Source of the DNA: an uncultured Alphaproteobacteria bacterium
Lineage (GTDB): Bacteria; Pseudomonadota; Alphaproteobacteria; Rhodobacterales; Rhodobacteraceae
DNA: 64,000 nt
Assembly (NCBI GenBank): GCA_963773475.1
Contig: CAVZBD010000002.1
Location: forward strand, 323,618-387,617
Direction: 5' to 3'
The translations under genes and the position numbers were made by a program. This document shows positions 45,946 to 58,454 of the stretch, one piece after another. The first letter of the stretch is position 1. Each line of letters starts with the position of its first letter. The notes under the pieces are model-generated. The model was given only the letters and a program-made list of their open reading frames with translations, did no database searches and was not told where the DNA came from.

Positions 45946-47624
45946 ATGCTGCGCGGGCTCGACATCCGGGACATGCTGATCATCGACCGGCTGGAGCTCG
46001 GCGTTCCAGCCGGGTCTCAACGTGCTGACCGGCGAGACCGGGGCCGGCAAGTCGATCCTGCTCGATGCGCTGGGCTTCGTGCTGGGCTGGCGCGGCCGGG
46101 CCGAGCTGGTGCGCGCCGGCGCCGAGCAGGGCGAGGTGACGGCGGTCTTCGACCTGGCGCCGGGCCATCCGGCGCGCGCCGTGCTGGCGGAGGCGGGCCT
46201 GCCGGCGGGCGACGAGCTGATCCTGCGCCGCGTCAACACGCGCCGACGGGCGCAAGACCGCCTGGGTCAACGACCGCCGCGCCAGCGGCGAGGTGCTGCG
46301 CGCGCTGTCGGACACGCTGGTGGAACTGCACGGCCAGCACGACGACCGCGGCCTGCTGAACCCGCGCGGCCACCGCGCGCTGCTCGACGCCTATCGCCGG
46401 CGCTCGAGCCGCTGCTCGCCGCGGTCGCGCGCGGCCTGGCGCGCGCTGGCCGCGGCGCGGCGAGCGCTGCGGACGCGCGGAGGCCGCGCTGGCGGCGGTG
46501 CGCGGCGGAGGAGGAGTTCCTGCGCCACGCGGTGGGCGAGCTCGACGCGCTGGACCCGGAGCCGGGCGAGGAGGCGCGCGCTGGACGCGCCGCCGGCGCC
46601 TGATGCAGGCCGCCGAGCGGATCCGCGAGGACGTCGCCGCGCGCGGCCACGGCGCTGGCGGCCGAGGGGGCCGAGGGGCGGATGGTCGACGCGCTGCGCT
46701 GGCTCGAAGGCGCGGCCGGCGGCGCCGAGGGGCGGCTGGACGCGGCCGCTCGCGGCGCTCGACCGGGCGCTGGCCGAGCTGGGCGAGGCGCAGGCACGGG
46801 GTCGAGGCGACGCTCGAGGCGCTTGACCTTCGACCCCGCCGAGCTGGAGCGGACGGAGGAGCGGCTGTTCGCGATCCGCGGCCTGGCGCGCAAGCACGCG
46901 GTGCTGCCCGACGACCTGGCCGGACTTCGCCGACGGCGCTGCGCGCCCGGCTCGCTGCGCTCGACGCGGCGGCGAGGCCGACCTCGCGCGGCTCGCCGAC
47001 GGCGGTGACGCGCGGCGGAGGCCGCCTATGACGCGGCGGCGGCGGCGCTGACGCGACGGCGCGGCGCGCGGCGGCGGGGCGGCTCGACGCGGCGATGGCG
47101 CGCGGAGCTGGCGCCGCTGAAGATGGAGCGCGCGGTCTTCGCCACCGAGGTCGCGCCGGCCGAGCCGGGGCCCGAGGGGCGCGACGCGGTCGCCTTCACC
47201 GTCGCCACCAACCCCGGCGCGCCGGCCGGGCCGCTCGACCGGATCGCCTCGGGCGGCGAGCTCGCCGCTTCCTGCTGGCGCTCAAGGTCTGCCTGACCGG
47301 CGCAGGCAGACGGGGCTGACGCTGATCTTCGACGAGATCGACCGCGGCGTCGGCGGCGCCACGGCCGATGCGGTGGGCCGCCGGCTGGCGGCGCTGGCGG
47401 CCGGGCGGGCAGGTGCTGGTCGTCACCCATTCGCCCGCAGGTGGCGGCGCTCGGGCGCGCATCACTGGCGGGTGGAGAAGCGGCGTGGCGAAGGGCGAGA
47501 CGACGCTCGTCGGTCGTGCCGCTGGGCGCGCGGCGAGCGGGTGGACGAGATCGCGCGGATGCTGGCGGGCGACACCATCACCGACGAGGCGCGCGGCGCC
47601 GCGCGGGCGCTGCTGGCCGGCTGA
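45946..47624 (+). CDS. recN: DNA repair protein RecN (frameshifted)
   Basis: LTGETGAGKSILLDAL, ELHGQHD, IASGGEL, LIFDEID.GVGG, QVLVVTHSP, EIARMLAG. Confidence 0.93.
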
Positions 47625-47807
47625 GCCCGCAGCGCGGCCGGGGGTGCCGTGCCTGCGCGCCCGAAGGCGCGCGCGGCGGAGGCGGGTTCGATGCCCGCCT
47701 TCGACGCATCCCCGAAGCGGCAGGGCAGCCGGCGGGGGAGCGGCCTCGGGGGGCATCGAGCCCCCGCTCGGCCGCGCGCGCCTTCGGGCGCGCCGTCGCC
47801 TCGGCCC

Positions 47808-49201
47808 TCAGTTGGTCTCGACCAGCTTGCCCGGGTTCATCAGCCCGTCGGGGTCCAGCGCGCGCTTGATCTGGCCCATCACCTCCCAGCCCTCGCCATG
47901 CTCGGCGCCATGTAGCCCAGCTTGCCCATGCCGATCCCGTGCTCGCCGGTCACCGTGCCGCCCAGGCGCAGCGCGCGCTCGGCCATCCGGCGCGCCAGGT
48001 CCTGCGCGGTCTGCAGTCTCGGCCGCGTTCCCTCGTCGACCAGCAGGATCGCGTGGAAGTTGCCGTCGCCCACATGGCCCAGGATCGGGCCCGCGATCGG
48101 GCTGGCGGCGATGTCCGCCTGCGTCTCCTCCACCGCCTCGGCCAGCCGCGAGATCGGCACGCAGACGTCGGTGACGTCAGCGCCGTCGCCCCGGGCCGCA
48201 AGGCCAGGATCGGCGTAGTAGGCGTTGTGGCGCATCCGCCAGAGCTCGCTGCGCTCCTCGGTCTGTCTGGCCAGGTCGGAAGCCGGTCGCCGCCGTAATC
48301 GGCGGCGATCTCGCCGAAGCGGCGCGGCGTCCTCGGCCACGCCGCGTCGGAGCCGTGGAACTCGACCATCAGATGCGGCGCTGCGGGCAAGTCGGCCCCG
48401 CGCATAGCGCGTTGAAGGCCGCGACGGGGCGGCGTCGACGAACTCGATCCGCGCCATCGGCACGCCCGATCTGGATCGTCGCGATCACCGCGTCCACCGC
48501 GTCGCGCGATGTCGGGAAAGGCGCAGACGGCGGCGGAGACCGCCTCGGGCTGGCCGCGCAGGCGCAGCGTCAGCTCGGTGATCAGGCCCAGCGTTCCCTC
48601 GGAGCCGACGAAGAGCGCCGGTCAGGTCGTAGCCGGCCGAGGACTTGCGCGCCCGGCTGCCGGTGCGGATCACCCGGCCGTCGGCCAGCACGACCTCGAG
48701 CCCCAGCACGTTGTCGCGCATCGTGCCGTAGCGCACCGCCGTGGTGCCCGAGGCGCGGGTCGCGGCCATGCCGCCGAGCGTGGCGTTGGCGCCCGGGATC
48801 GACCGGGAAGAACAGGCCCGTGGCGCGCAGCTCCGTCGTTCAGCGCCTCGCGCGTCATGCCGGGCTGCACGCGGCAGTCCATGTCCTCGGCGTTGACCTC
48901 GAGCACCCGGTTCATGCGGCACGAAGTCCACCGACGACGCCGCCCCGCACCGCCAGCGCGTGCCCTTCGAGCGAGGTGCCGGCGCCCCAGCCGGATGACC
49001 GGGCAGGCCATGCGGCGGCGCAGATCTGCACGATCTGCGCGCCACCTCCTCGGTGGTCTCGGGATAGGCGACGGCGTCGGGCGGGCGTCAGGGCGAAGTG
49101 GGCCTCGGAGCGGCCATGCGCGTCGCAGATCGGACTTGGACCGTGCTCAGCCCATCGCCTAAGAAGGCTGAGAGTGCGGCCAGTGCGGTCTCGATGGTCA
49201 T
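47808..49201 (-). CDS. FAD-binding oxidoreductase, D-lactate dehydrogenase/GlcD family (frameshifted)
   Basis: [59 protein letters not shown]. Confidence 0.88.
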
Positions 49202-49247
49202 GGGGCGGCGGCTCCTGCCAGGGTCGCTGCGCGGGCACCCTAGGCGC

Positions 49248-50996
49248 ATGGCGCGGCGGCGCGGCGAAAGACGGCGCCGACAGGGCGCGAGCCGGCATGG
49301 CGCCGAGGGGAGCTCGGCAATCCTGATCCGCGGCCGCGCGCCGGCCGATGCCGTCCGCGCCGGCTGGGAGGTGCTGCGCAGGCGCGGGCCCAGCCAGGTG
49401 CAGTTCTGGTTCATCGCCCTGGCCGTCGGCATCGCGGCGGGCTTCGCGGCGCTGCTCTTCCGCAAGGGCGATCGACGTGCTGCAGGCGCCGCTCTACGGC
49501 ACCGACGACGTCCGCGCTGATCCACAGCTTCGCCGCGCACGCTGCCCTGGTACTGGATCCTCGCTGATCCCGGTCGCCGGCGGCCTGGCGGTCGGGCTGA
49601 TCCTACCGCTTCACCGGCGACGGGCGCGTGCGCTCCGTCGCCGACGTGATCGAGGGCGCGGCGCTGCGCGAAGGCCGGGTCGAGGGCGGCGCGGGCCTCG
49701 CCTCGGCCGCCGCCTCGCTGATCACCCTGTCGCACCGGCGGCTCGACCGGGCGCGAGGGGCCGGTGGTGCACCTGGCGGCGCGTGATCGCGACCTGGGTC
49801 TGCGACCGGATCGACGCCGACGGCATCACCGGGCGCGACCTTCTGGGCTGCGCCGTGGCCGCCGCCGTCTCGGCCAGCTTCAACGCGCCCATCGCCGGCG
49901 CGCTCTTCGCGCTCGAGGTGGTGCTGCGGCACTTCGCGGTCCACGCCTTCGCGCCCATCGTCATCGCCTCCGTCGCCGGCACGGTGATCAACCGGCTGGA
50001 GTTCGGCGACGTGACCGAGTTCACGCTGCTCGGGCCACGGATCCTGGAATTCTACGTCGAGCTGCCGGCCTTCCTGCTGCTGGGCCTGGTCTGCGGCGCT
50101 GGTGGCGGTGGCGCTGATGCGCGGCGATCTTCTGGGCCGACGCACGTGGCCAGCCGGATCCAGCGGCGCGCCGCGGCTGCCGCGCGGCGCTGCGCCCGGC
50201 GCTGCGCCGGCGCCCTGCTGGGCGGCATCGCGATCCTGTTCCCGCACATCATCGGCGTCGGCTACGAGACGACGTCCGCGGCGCTGACCGGGCGAGCTGA
50301 TCCTGGCGCGAGGCGGTGGTCTTCGCCGTGGTCAAGGCGGCGGCGGTGGCGATCACCATGGGCGGGCGCATGGGCGGCGGCGTCTTCTCGCCCTCGCTGA
50401 TGGTGGGGGCGCTGACCGGGCTGGCCTTCGGCCTGATCGCGACGCGCATCTTTCCCGAGGTCTCGGGCGCCGAGACGCTCTACGCGCTGGCCGGCATGGG
50501 CGCGGTGGCGGCGGCGGTGCTGGGCGCGCCGATCTCGACCACGCTGATCGTGTTCGAGCTGACCGGCGACTGGCAGACGGGGCTCGCGGTGATGGTCGCG
50601 GTGTCGCATGTCGACGGCGCTCGCCTCGGCGCTGGTGCACCGGTCGTTCTTCCTGACCCAGCTCGAGCGGCGCGGCGTCCACCTCGCCGCGGGGCCGCAG
50701 GCCTATCTGCTGGGGATGTTCCGCGTCGCCAGCGTGATGCGCGCGCCCGACGATCCGCGCGCCGCCGCCGAGGAGGCCGTGCTGGGAGCTGATCGAGGAC
50801 GGCATCTACGTCGACGGCAACGCGACGCTGGAAGCGGCGATGCCGATGTTCGAGAAGGCGACGCCGCCTTCCTGCCGGTCGTGCGGCTGGGCGGCGACGG
50901 GCCGCCGCCGAGATCCTGGGCGCGCTGTTCCAGGTCGACGCGCTGCGCGCCTACAACCGCGCGCTGGCCGCCACCGCGGCCGAGGAACATTCCTGA
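49248..50996 (+). CDS. ClC chloride channel family protein (frameshifted; start uncertain)
   Basis: GREGPVVH, ASFNAPIAGALFALEV, GGVFSPSL, LGAPISTTLIVFELTG. Confidence 0.88.
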
Positions 50997-51159
50997 TCCC
51001 CCACGTCATCGATTCCGCCGCGGATCAGGCCCCGCAGCGCGAGAGGCATCGAGGCGCGGGAAATTGCCATCAGGCTCGGGATGGTGTCCCAAGGGGGCAC
51101 GCCACCTTCTTGCGACGCCTCTTCGCAGATGACTCGTCCGGCCGTCGCCGTCGCGGCCC

Positions 51160-51493
51160 TCAGATCTGCTCGACCGCCACCTTGTCGGGATAGAAGGCCA
51201 GATGCCCGCGATCTCGTCCACTCCTGCCTTCGGCGTCTCGTAGGCCAGGCCGCATCGGCGTCGCCGGCTCTTCGCTGCATCGAGTAATACCTCGCCTCGC
51301 CCTTCCAGGGGCAGGTCGTGCGGTGCCGGACGGCTCGAGAAAGGCCATCGCGATGTCCTCGCGCGGGAAGTAGATCGACCGGGTCGTGCCCTCGTTCAGT
51401 TCCAGCGCCATCGCTCGCGTACTCGCCCAGGACCGCGCCGCCGGCGCGCACGACCCAGGTCCCCTCGGCCTTGCGGATCTTGATGTCGGCCAT
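51160..51493 (-). CDS. DUF427 domain protein (frameshifted)
   Basis: WVVRAGGAVLGE, IYFPREDI, TTCPWKGEARYYS, HLAFYPDKV. Confidence 0.85.
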
Positions 51494-51640
51494 CTTCGGT
51501 CTCCTTGTCCCCCGGGCGTCGCGCCCACTCTCGCGCCGCAATGTAGCGTCCCCGTCGACGGCTTCCACGCCTGCGCCGTCTAGAGCGGCGCGCAGGCCCG
51601 GCAGCGGCGCCGCAGGCGCCTCCGCGTCACAGCGGTCACC

Positions 51641-53469
51641 TCAGATCGGCGCCGTCGCCCGCGTCAGCCAGTCGGCCGCGGCGCCGTCCACCCGCGGCCC
51701 GATCCGCGCCGCGCACTTCGGCGTGGTAGGCGTTGAGCCAGTCCCGCTCGTCGGCGGCCAGCATCGCGGCGTCGATCAGCCGCCGGTCGATCGGCACGAA
51801 GGTCAGCGTCTCGAAAGCCGAGCATCGCGCGCGCGTCGCCGCCCGGCGATGGGCGGGGCTCCTCGACCACGAGCAGGTTCTCGATCCGGATGCCGAAGGC
51901 GCCCTCGCGGTAATAGCCCGGCTCGTTCGACAGGATCATGCCCGGCTCCAGCGGCACCTCGCTGACCGGCGCGACAGCCGCTGCGGCCCCTCGTGCACGC
52001 GCAGGTAGGCGCCGACGCCGTGGCCGGTGCCGTGGTCGTAGTCCTGCCCCGCCCGCCAGAGCGGCGCGCGCGCCAGCGCGTCCAGGTCGCGCCCCGCCAG
52101 CCCGCGCGGCCAGCGCAGCGCGGCTGACATCGCGATCATGCCCTGCAGCACGCGGGTGAAGCAGGCGCGCTGCTCGCGCCGGCGGCTCGCCCACGGCGAC
52201 GGTGCGGGTGATGTCGGTGGTGCCGTCGACGTATTGCCCGCCGGAATCGACCAGCAGCAGCTCGCCCGGCCGCGACCGGCGCGGTCGGTCTCCTCGGTCA
52301 CGCGGTAATGCACGATGGCGCCGTGCGGCGCCGGCGCCGCAGATCGTCTCGAAGCTGATGTCGCGCAGCGCGTTGGTCGCGCGGCGGAAGCCTTCCAGCG
52401 CGCGTCACCACGTCGATCTCGGTCAGCCGCGCCCTTGCGGCGCCTCGGCGTCGAGCCAGGCGAGGAACCGCACCATCGCCGCGCCGTCGCGCAGATGCGC
52501 CTCGCGCGTGCCGGCGATCTCGGCCGCGGTCTTGCGCGCCTTGGGCAGGATGCAGGGATCGCGGCCCCAGGCGATCTCGACGCCGGCCTCGCGCAGGATG
52601 TCGCGCACCGCCAGCGGCGCGCGTGTCGCGGTCGAGCCGCACCGGCCCGCCAGGCTGCGTCAGCGCCGCGATCGAAGCTCGTCGGGCGGCAGCAGCCGTC
52701 GACGCCCGCGCTCGAGGCGACGTCCGCGTCGCAGCTTCGCCGGGCGCCGCGAACAGGTCGACCCGCGCCGTCGTCGTGCAGGATCGCGAAGGCCTGCGGC
52801 ACCGGGTTGCGCGGGATGTCGCTGCCGCGGATGTTCAGCAGCCAGGCGATGCTGTCGGGCAGGGTGAGCACCGCCGCCCGCTGCCCGGCCTCGCGCAGCG
52901 CCTCGGCGAGCCGCGCGCGCTTGTCGCTCGCGGCTCTCGCCGGCGAGCTCCAGCGGCTGCGGCGATGACCGGCCCGCGGCGGCGGCGGCTGGTCGTCCCA
53001 GATCGCGGTCGACCAGGTTGTCGCCTCGGCACGCAGCGCGATGCCCGTGCCGCTCCAGCGCCTCGCGCAGCGTCCTCGATCTCGCCCGGTGTGCAGCCAG
53101 GGGTCGAAGCCGACGCGCGCCGCCCTCGGGCAGCTGCTCGGCCAGCCAGTCGGCCAGGCTTCGTCTCGGGCCAGTCACCGGCGTGAACGCCGGTCGCCAC
53201 CTGCGCGCGCACCTGCACCCGGTAGCGCCCGTCGACGAAGACGCCCGCGATGTCCGGCCAGCACCGCGGCGAAGCCGGCCGAGCCGGTGAAGCCGGTCAG
53301 CCAGGCCAGCCGCTCGTCGCGCGGGGCGACGTATTCGCCCTGGTGCGCGTCGGCGCGCGGCACGAGGAAGCCGTCGAGGCCCTCGCGCCGCCATCTGCGT
53401 CGCGCAGCGCCGCCAGCCGCGGCGGGCCCTGCTCGGGGCGGCGTCGTCGCCGTCGAAGCTCTGGAACAT
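51641..53469 (-). CDS. Aminopeptidase P family (M24) Xaa-Pro peptidase (frameshifted)
   Basis: MFQSFD, DAHQGEY...[60 protein letters not shown]. Confidence 0.9.
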
Positions 53470-53544
53470 CGTACGCGTCCCCCGCAAGTCTGTGCGCGGT
53501 CTTCGGAAAACCCGCGCCGGGACCGTGCTGGCGCTTGCGACATT

Positions 53545-55415
53545 TCAGCTCGCCGCGCGCCGATCCCCAGGACGCGCGCCCGCGCCCGCGGGTCGCTGTC
53601 GAAGAGGCCGGCGAGCTGTTCGGTCATCGCGCCGGCCAGCTGCTCCACGTCGGTGATCGTCACCGCGCGGTCGTAGTAGCGCGTCACGTCATGGCCGATG
53701 CCGATGGCGATCAGTTCGACCGCTTGCGGCGCTCGACCATCGCGATCACGTCGCGCAGGTGCTTCTCGAGGTAGTTCGCCGGGTTCACCGACAGCGTCGA
53801 GTCGTCCACCGGCGCGCCGTCGCGAGATCACCATCAGGATCTTGCGCGCCTCGTGCGGCGCGACCATCCGGCGGTGCGCCCATTCCAGCGCCTCGCCGTC
53901 GATGTTCTCCTTCAGCAGGCCTTCCTTCATCATCAGGCCGAGGTTGTCCCGCGCCCGCCGCCAGGGCGCGTCGGCGGACTTGTAGATGATGTGGCGCAGG
54001 TCGTTCAGGCGGCCGGGCTGCTGCGGCGCGCCCGTCGGCCAGCCACGCCTCGCGGCTCTGCCCGCCCTTCCAGGCGCGGGTGGTGAAGCCGAGGATCTCG
54101 CACCTTGACCTGGCAGCGTTCCAGCGTGCGGGCCAGCACGTCGGCGCAGATCGCGGCGATGGAGATCGGCCGGCCGCGCATCGAGCCGGAGTTGTCGAGC
54201 AGCAGCGTCACCACCGTGTCGCGGAACTCGGTGTCCTTCTCGACCTTGAAGCAGAGCGGCGTCGTCGGGTTGGCCACCACGCGGGCCAGGCGGCCGGCGT
54301 CGAGGATGCCTTCCTCGCGGTCGAACTCCCAGCTGCGGTTCTGCTGCGCCTGCAGCCGGCGCTGCAGCTTGTTGGCCAGCCGGCTCACCGCGCCCTTGAG
54401 CGGCTCGAGCTGCTGGTCGAGATAGGCGCGCAGCCGCTCCAGCTCGGCCGGCTCGGCCAGGTCGTCGGCCCGGATCTCCTCGTCGAACTCGGTCGTGAAG
54501 ACGGTGTAGTTCGGGTCGGCCTCGCTGGCGGGGGCGGGCGGCGGCGGCTCGAGCGGCGCCTCGCCGTCGGGCATCTCGCTCTCGTCGCCCATCTCGGCGT
54601 CGGCCAGCTCGTCCAGGCTGACGGTGGCCTCGGCGTCGTCCTGCTGCTGCTCCTGGCTGCGGTCGGGGGCGGCCTCCTGCTCGTCGCTGGTGGCCTCCTC
54701 GTTGCCCTCGCTCTCCTGGTCCTGGTCGTCGCTGGTTTCCTCGGCCTGGTCCTCGTCCTCGCCGGTCTCGTCGGGGTCGTCGCCCAGCTGGTCGCCATAG
54801 CCCAGGTCGTCGATCACCTGGCGGGCGAACTTGGCGAAGGCCTTCTGGTCGCTCAGCGTCTCGTCGAGGCCGGTCAGCGTGCCGCCGGCCTGCTTCTCGA
54901 TGAAGCCGCGCCACAGCTCCATCACGTTCGCCGCGCCCGGCGGCAGCTCGCGGCCGGTGGCCAGGTGCCGGATCAGGTAGCCCGCGGCGACGGCCAGCGG
55001 CGCCTCGGACGCCTGGGTGATCTGGGCGTAGCCCTTGCGCGCCGCCTCGACGCCGATCTTGGCGTCGATGTTGTGGGCGGTGCCCGGCATGATGCGGCGC
55101 CCATCGCCTCGCAGCGCGCCGTCTCCATCGCCTCGTAGAGGTCGCGCGCCATCTGCCCCTGGGGCGCATAGCGGTTGTGGGTGCCGTCGTCGTGGTAGCG
55201 GTGGCGCAGCGCGTAGGCGTCGGCGGTGCCGCGCGCCAGCATCACCTCGTCGTGCGTCATCCGGCGGCTGACCTGCGGCAGGCGCACCGCGTCGTTGGTC
55301 AGGCCCGGCGGGTCGACCGAGTAGGTGACGCCAGCTCGGGATCGTCGGCCAGCACCTGCGTCGCCTCGGCCAGCGCCTTCTTGAAGGGTTCGGCGGGATT
55401 GTCGTTCTGCGTCAT
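53545..55415 (-). CDS. cobT: Cobaltochelatase subunit CobT (frameshifted)
   Basis: [11 protein letters not shown], acidic linker, [20 protein letters not shown], v[41 protein letters not shown]. Confidence 0.92.
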
Positions 55416-55604
55416 GGCGGCTCAAGCCCCTGGCCCGATGGCGCGGCCCGCCCCTCCGGCCGAGCCGCCTTCGACGCCGTTCTTTCACAGACCGGCGCGC
55501 GCGTCGAGCAGCCGCAGGCCCCCCGAACCTCGGAACCCGTGCCGCCGCCGCCCGGTTGACGTGACAACAGGGCTGAACCTTCCGAGCATGAATGGAGGAC
55601 GATC

Positions 55605-56633
55605 ATGAACGGACATTTCCGAGTCACCCACGCGCCGCTGGCCGCATCGCTGCTGGCGCTCTGCCTGGCGCTGCCGGCGACGGCGCAGAACGCCGCCCAG
55701 ACCGGCCAGACCCCCGCCGACGAGGCGCAGACCGCCACCCAGGGTGGCGACGCGCAGAACGCCGCGCCGGCCGGCCAGACCGAGGCGGACGAGGACGAAC
55801 CGGTGGCGGTGTCGCCGCTTTCGCAGACGGGAACCGCGCCGGGGGCCGAGGCCGAGGAGAGCGGCGAGGCCGACCGCTCGTCCGGCGGTGACGCCATGAC
55901 GTCGGGCGGCATGGCCGGCGTCGAGGCCGAGCCCACCGGGGGCGAGGCCGGGGCCGAGGCGGCCGACGTCTCGGGCGACGAGGGCGACGTGTCGAAGGAG
56001 GTCACGCGCGCGCTGCCCGAAGGCGACATCCCCGGCGTCGGCGCCCAGGACGACGACGATCAGGCGCTGATGCTCGACCTCGAGAGCTTCGGCGAGCAGA
56101 TCTACGAGCGCGGCTACCGCCAGGGCTACATCCGCGGGATCCGCGACGCCCAGCGCCGGATGGTGGGCGAGATGCGTCGGCAGCAGGGCGCCCAGGCCCA
56201 GCGGCGCGAGATGCAGCGGCAGTGGCACGACGAGGAGATGCGCCGGCAGGGCCGCGAGGGCGGCATGCGGGGCTACGGCGACGACATGCGCCGCTCGGAC
56301 CGCGACGACGAGATGGAGCGGTACGACGACCGGATGCGCGGGTCGGGCCGCGAAGGCGACATGCAGGAGTACCATGACCGGATGCATCGGCAGGACCGTG
56401 ACGGCGACATGGAGCGCTACCGCGACGAAATGCGCGGGGACGACGGCTATGACCAGATGCAGCGGTACCATGAGCAGATGCATGGGCAGGACCGTTCGGG
56501 CGCGACGGGGCGGTCGCAGGGCCAGGAGCGGGCCGGCCGCGGCGGCGACGACGATGGTGGCGCGATCATCTTCCTTCCGCCCGGGGTCAGCCCGCAGATG
56601 CTGATGGAGCAGATCCGGCGGATGAACCGCTGA
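55605..56633 (+). CDS. Secreted low-complexity protein with 16-aa Met/Arg/Asp tandem repeats
   Basis: Intact 342 aa; GGAGG RBS; signal peptide ...LALPATA|Q; acidic Ala/Gly/Glu region; YERGYRQGYIRG; about 5.5 repeats of M[RH]xxxRxxxMxxYxD. Confidence 0.8.
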   Translation: MNGHFRVTHAPLAASLLALCLALPATAQNAAQTGQTPADEAQTATQGGDAQNAAPAGQTEADEDEPVAVSPLSQTGTAPGAEAEESGEADRSSGGDAMTSGGMAGVEAEPTGGEAGAEAADVSGDEGDVSKEVTRALPEGDIPGVGAQDDDDQALMLDLESFGEQIYERGYRQGYIRGIRDAQRRMVGEMRRQQGAQAQRREMQRQWHDEEMRRQGREGGMRGYGDDMRRSDRDDEMERYDDRMRGSGREGDMQEYHDRMHRQDRDGDMERYRDEMRGDDGYDQMQRYHEQMHGQDRSGATGRSQGQERAGRGGDDDGGAIIFLPPGVSPQMLMEQIRRMNR

Positions 56634-56767
56634 ACGCGATGTCCGGCGGGCGCCACGGTGCCCGCCGTGACGCTGGGGCGGCGCGCCTCTTCGTGCTAGA
56701 GTGATGGATGCGGCCGGCGGCTGCCTTGGTGGCCGGCCGTTCGTCTCCGGCAGCGAGGGAGGGCGCG

Positions 56768-57238
56768 ATGAAGCCGCTCCATCCGGTGGCGTTGGGCGCG
56801 GCCCTTCTCGCGGCCCCGGCGTTCGCCGAAGTTCCCGACGACCTGATGTTTCCCACGGGCGACACGCTGGTGCTGGTGCTCGAGCGTCTCGGCTATGATT
56901 GCGGCGTGACCGGCGGCGGCTGGGTGTGCACCGGCGACGGCGAGGTCTGGATCTGCGAGGGCGGCAAGTGGCTGGACCGCTGCGTCAGGAAAAGCGGCGT
57001 GGGCGGGACGCCGGGCGGGCCGTTCTCACCCGTCGACGCACCCACCGACCAGCCCTTCGCACCGATCGAGCGCGCCCGCGCGATGGAGCGCGCGGCGGGC
57101 GGCGACGACGTCGGCATCACCGCGCGCGAGTGCCTGCTCATCGAGGGCAGCCTCGAGCTTCACGACGGATGCACCGTCAGCGGCGTGAAGTGCACGATCG
57201 AGGTCCGCGGCCGGGAGGTGGCCGCCTGTATCGACTGA
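56768..57238 (+). CDS. Secreted 8-cysteine hypothetical protein
   Basis: Intact 156 aa; GGAGG RBS; signal MKPLHPVALGAALLAAPAFA; two 4-Cys clusters separated by a Pro/Gly linker. Confidence 0.75.
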   Translation: MKPLHPVALGAALLAAPAFAEVPDDLMFPTGDTLVLVLERLGYDCGVTGGGWVCTGDGEVWICEGGKWLDRCVRKSGVGGTPGGPFSPVDAPTDQPFAPIERARAMERAAGGDDVGITARECLLIEGSLELHDGCTVSGVKCTIEVRGREVAACID

Positions 57239-57245
57239 CGCCGGA

Positions 57246-58233
57246 TCAGCGCATGCTGGTGCGGGCGGCGCTCTCGGGCAGCTCCTCGTCGAAGCAGCGC
57301 TGGTAGAACTCGGCCACCGTCTGCCGCTCGAGCTCGTCGCACTTGTTGAGGAAGCTCACCCGGAAGGCGTAGCCGACCGAGCGGAAGATCTCGGCGTTCT
57401 GCGCCCAGGCGATGACGGTCCGCGGGCTCATCACCGTGGACAGGTCGCCGTTCATGAACGCGGTCCGCGTCAGGTCGGCCACCGTCACCATCTGCGCGAT
57501 CGTCCGGCGCCCGGAGGCAGTGTTGTAGTGCGGGCACTTGGCCAGCACGATGGCGACCTCCGCGTCGTGGCTGAGGTAGTTCAGCGTCGCGACCAGGCTC
57601 CAGCGGTCCATCTGGCCCTGGTTGATCTGCTGGGTGCCGTGGTAGAGCCCCGTCGTGTCGCCCAGGCCCACCGTGTTGGCGGTGGCGAAGAGGCGGAAGC
57701 ACGGGTGCGGCGTGATGATCTCGTTCTGGTCGAGCAGCGTCAGCTTGCCGTCCGTCTCCAGCACCCGCTGGATCACGAACATCACGTCGGGGCGCCCGGC
57801 GTCGTACTCGTCGAAGACGATGGCGGCGGCGTTGCGCAGCGCCCAGGGCAGGATGCCTTCCTGGAACTCGGTCACCTGCATGCCGTCGCGCAGCTTGATC
57901 GCGTCCTTGCCGATCAGGTCGATCCGGCTGATGTGGCTGTCGAGGTTCACCCGCACCGTCGGCCAGTTGAGCCGCGAGGCGACCTGCTCGATGTGGGTCG
58001 ACTTGCCGGTGCCGTGGTAGCCCTGGATCATCACCCGGCGGTTGTGGGAGAAGCCGGCGAGGATGGCCAGCGTCGTGTCGGGGTCGAACTTGTAGGTCGG
58101 AATCGACGGCCGGCACCCGGTCGGTCGGCTCGGCGAAGCCCTTGACCTTCATGTCGGTGTCGATCCCGAAGACCTCGCGGACCGAGATCTCCTCGGTGGG
58201 CCTTGCGCCCGTGTCTCTCGTTCCGTCCGCCAT
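57246..58233 (-). CDS. cobS: Cobaltochelatase AAA+ subunit CobS (one frameshift near 58100)
   Basis: [69 protein letters not shown]. Confidence 0.94.
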
Positions 58234-58454
58234 GACTGCTCCCGTTCGGCCGTGATCGCGCTTCACTGCCAAATATCGGGCGATGCGGCAAGGTGTCGAC
58301 GCCGCGCGTCGCGCACCGCCGGGCGCGGGCCGGCGCGCGCGGCCCCCTCGCGCGGCTTCACGTTCGCGCCAAGGCGGGTGCCAAGTGCGCGCCGCACGGT
58401 CATATCTTGTCCCGAGACGCACACCAGACGCCATTGGGGCGAAGGAGGTACGGG

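Noticed and set aside
47625-47807. GC-rich hairpins after recN (and similar at 30182-30282) as a defined REP family
   Set aside because: Hairpins are present, but I could not establish a shared consensus by eye, and such stems are expected at this GC content.
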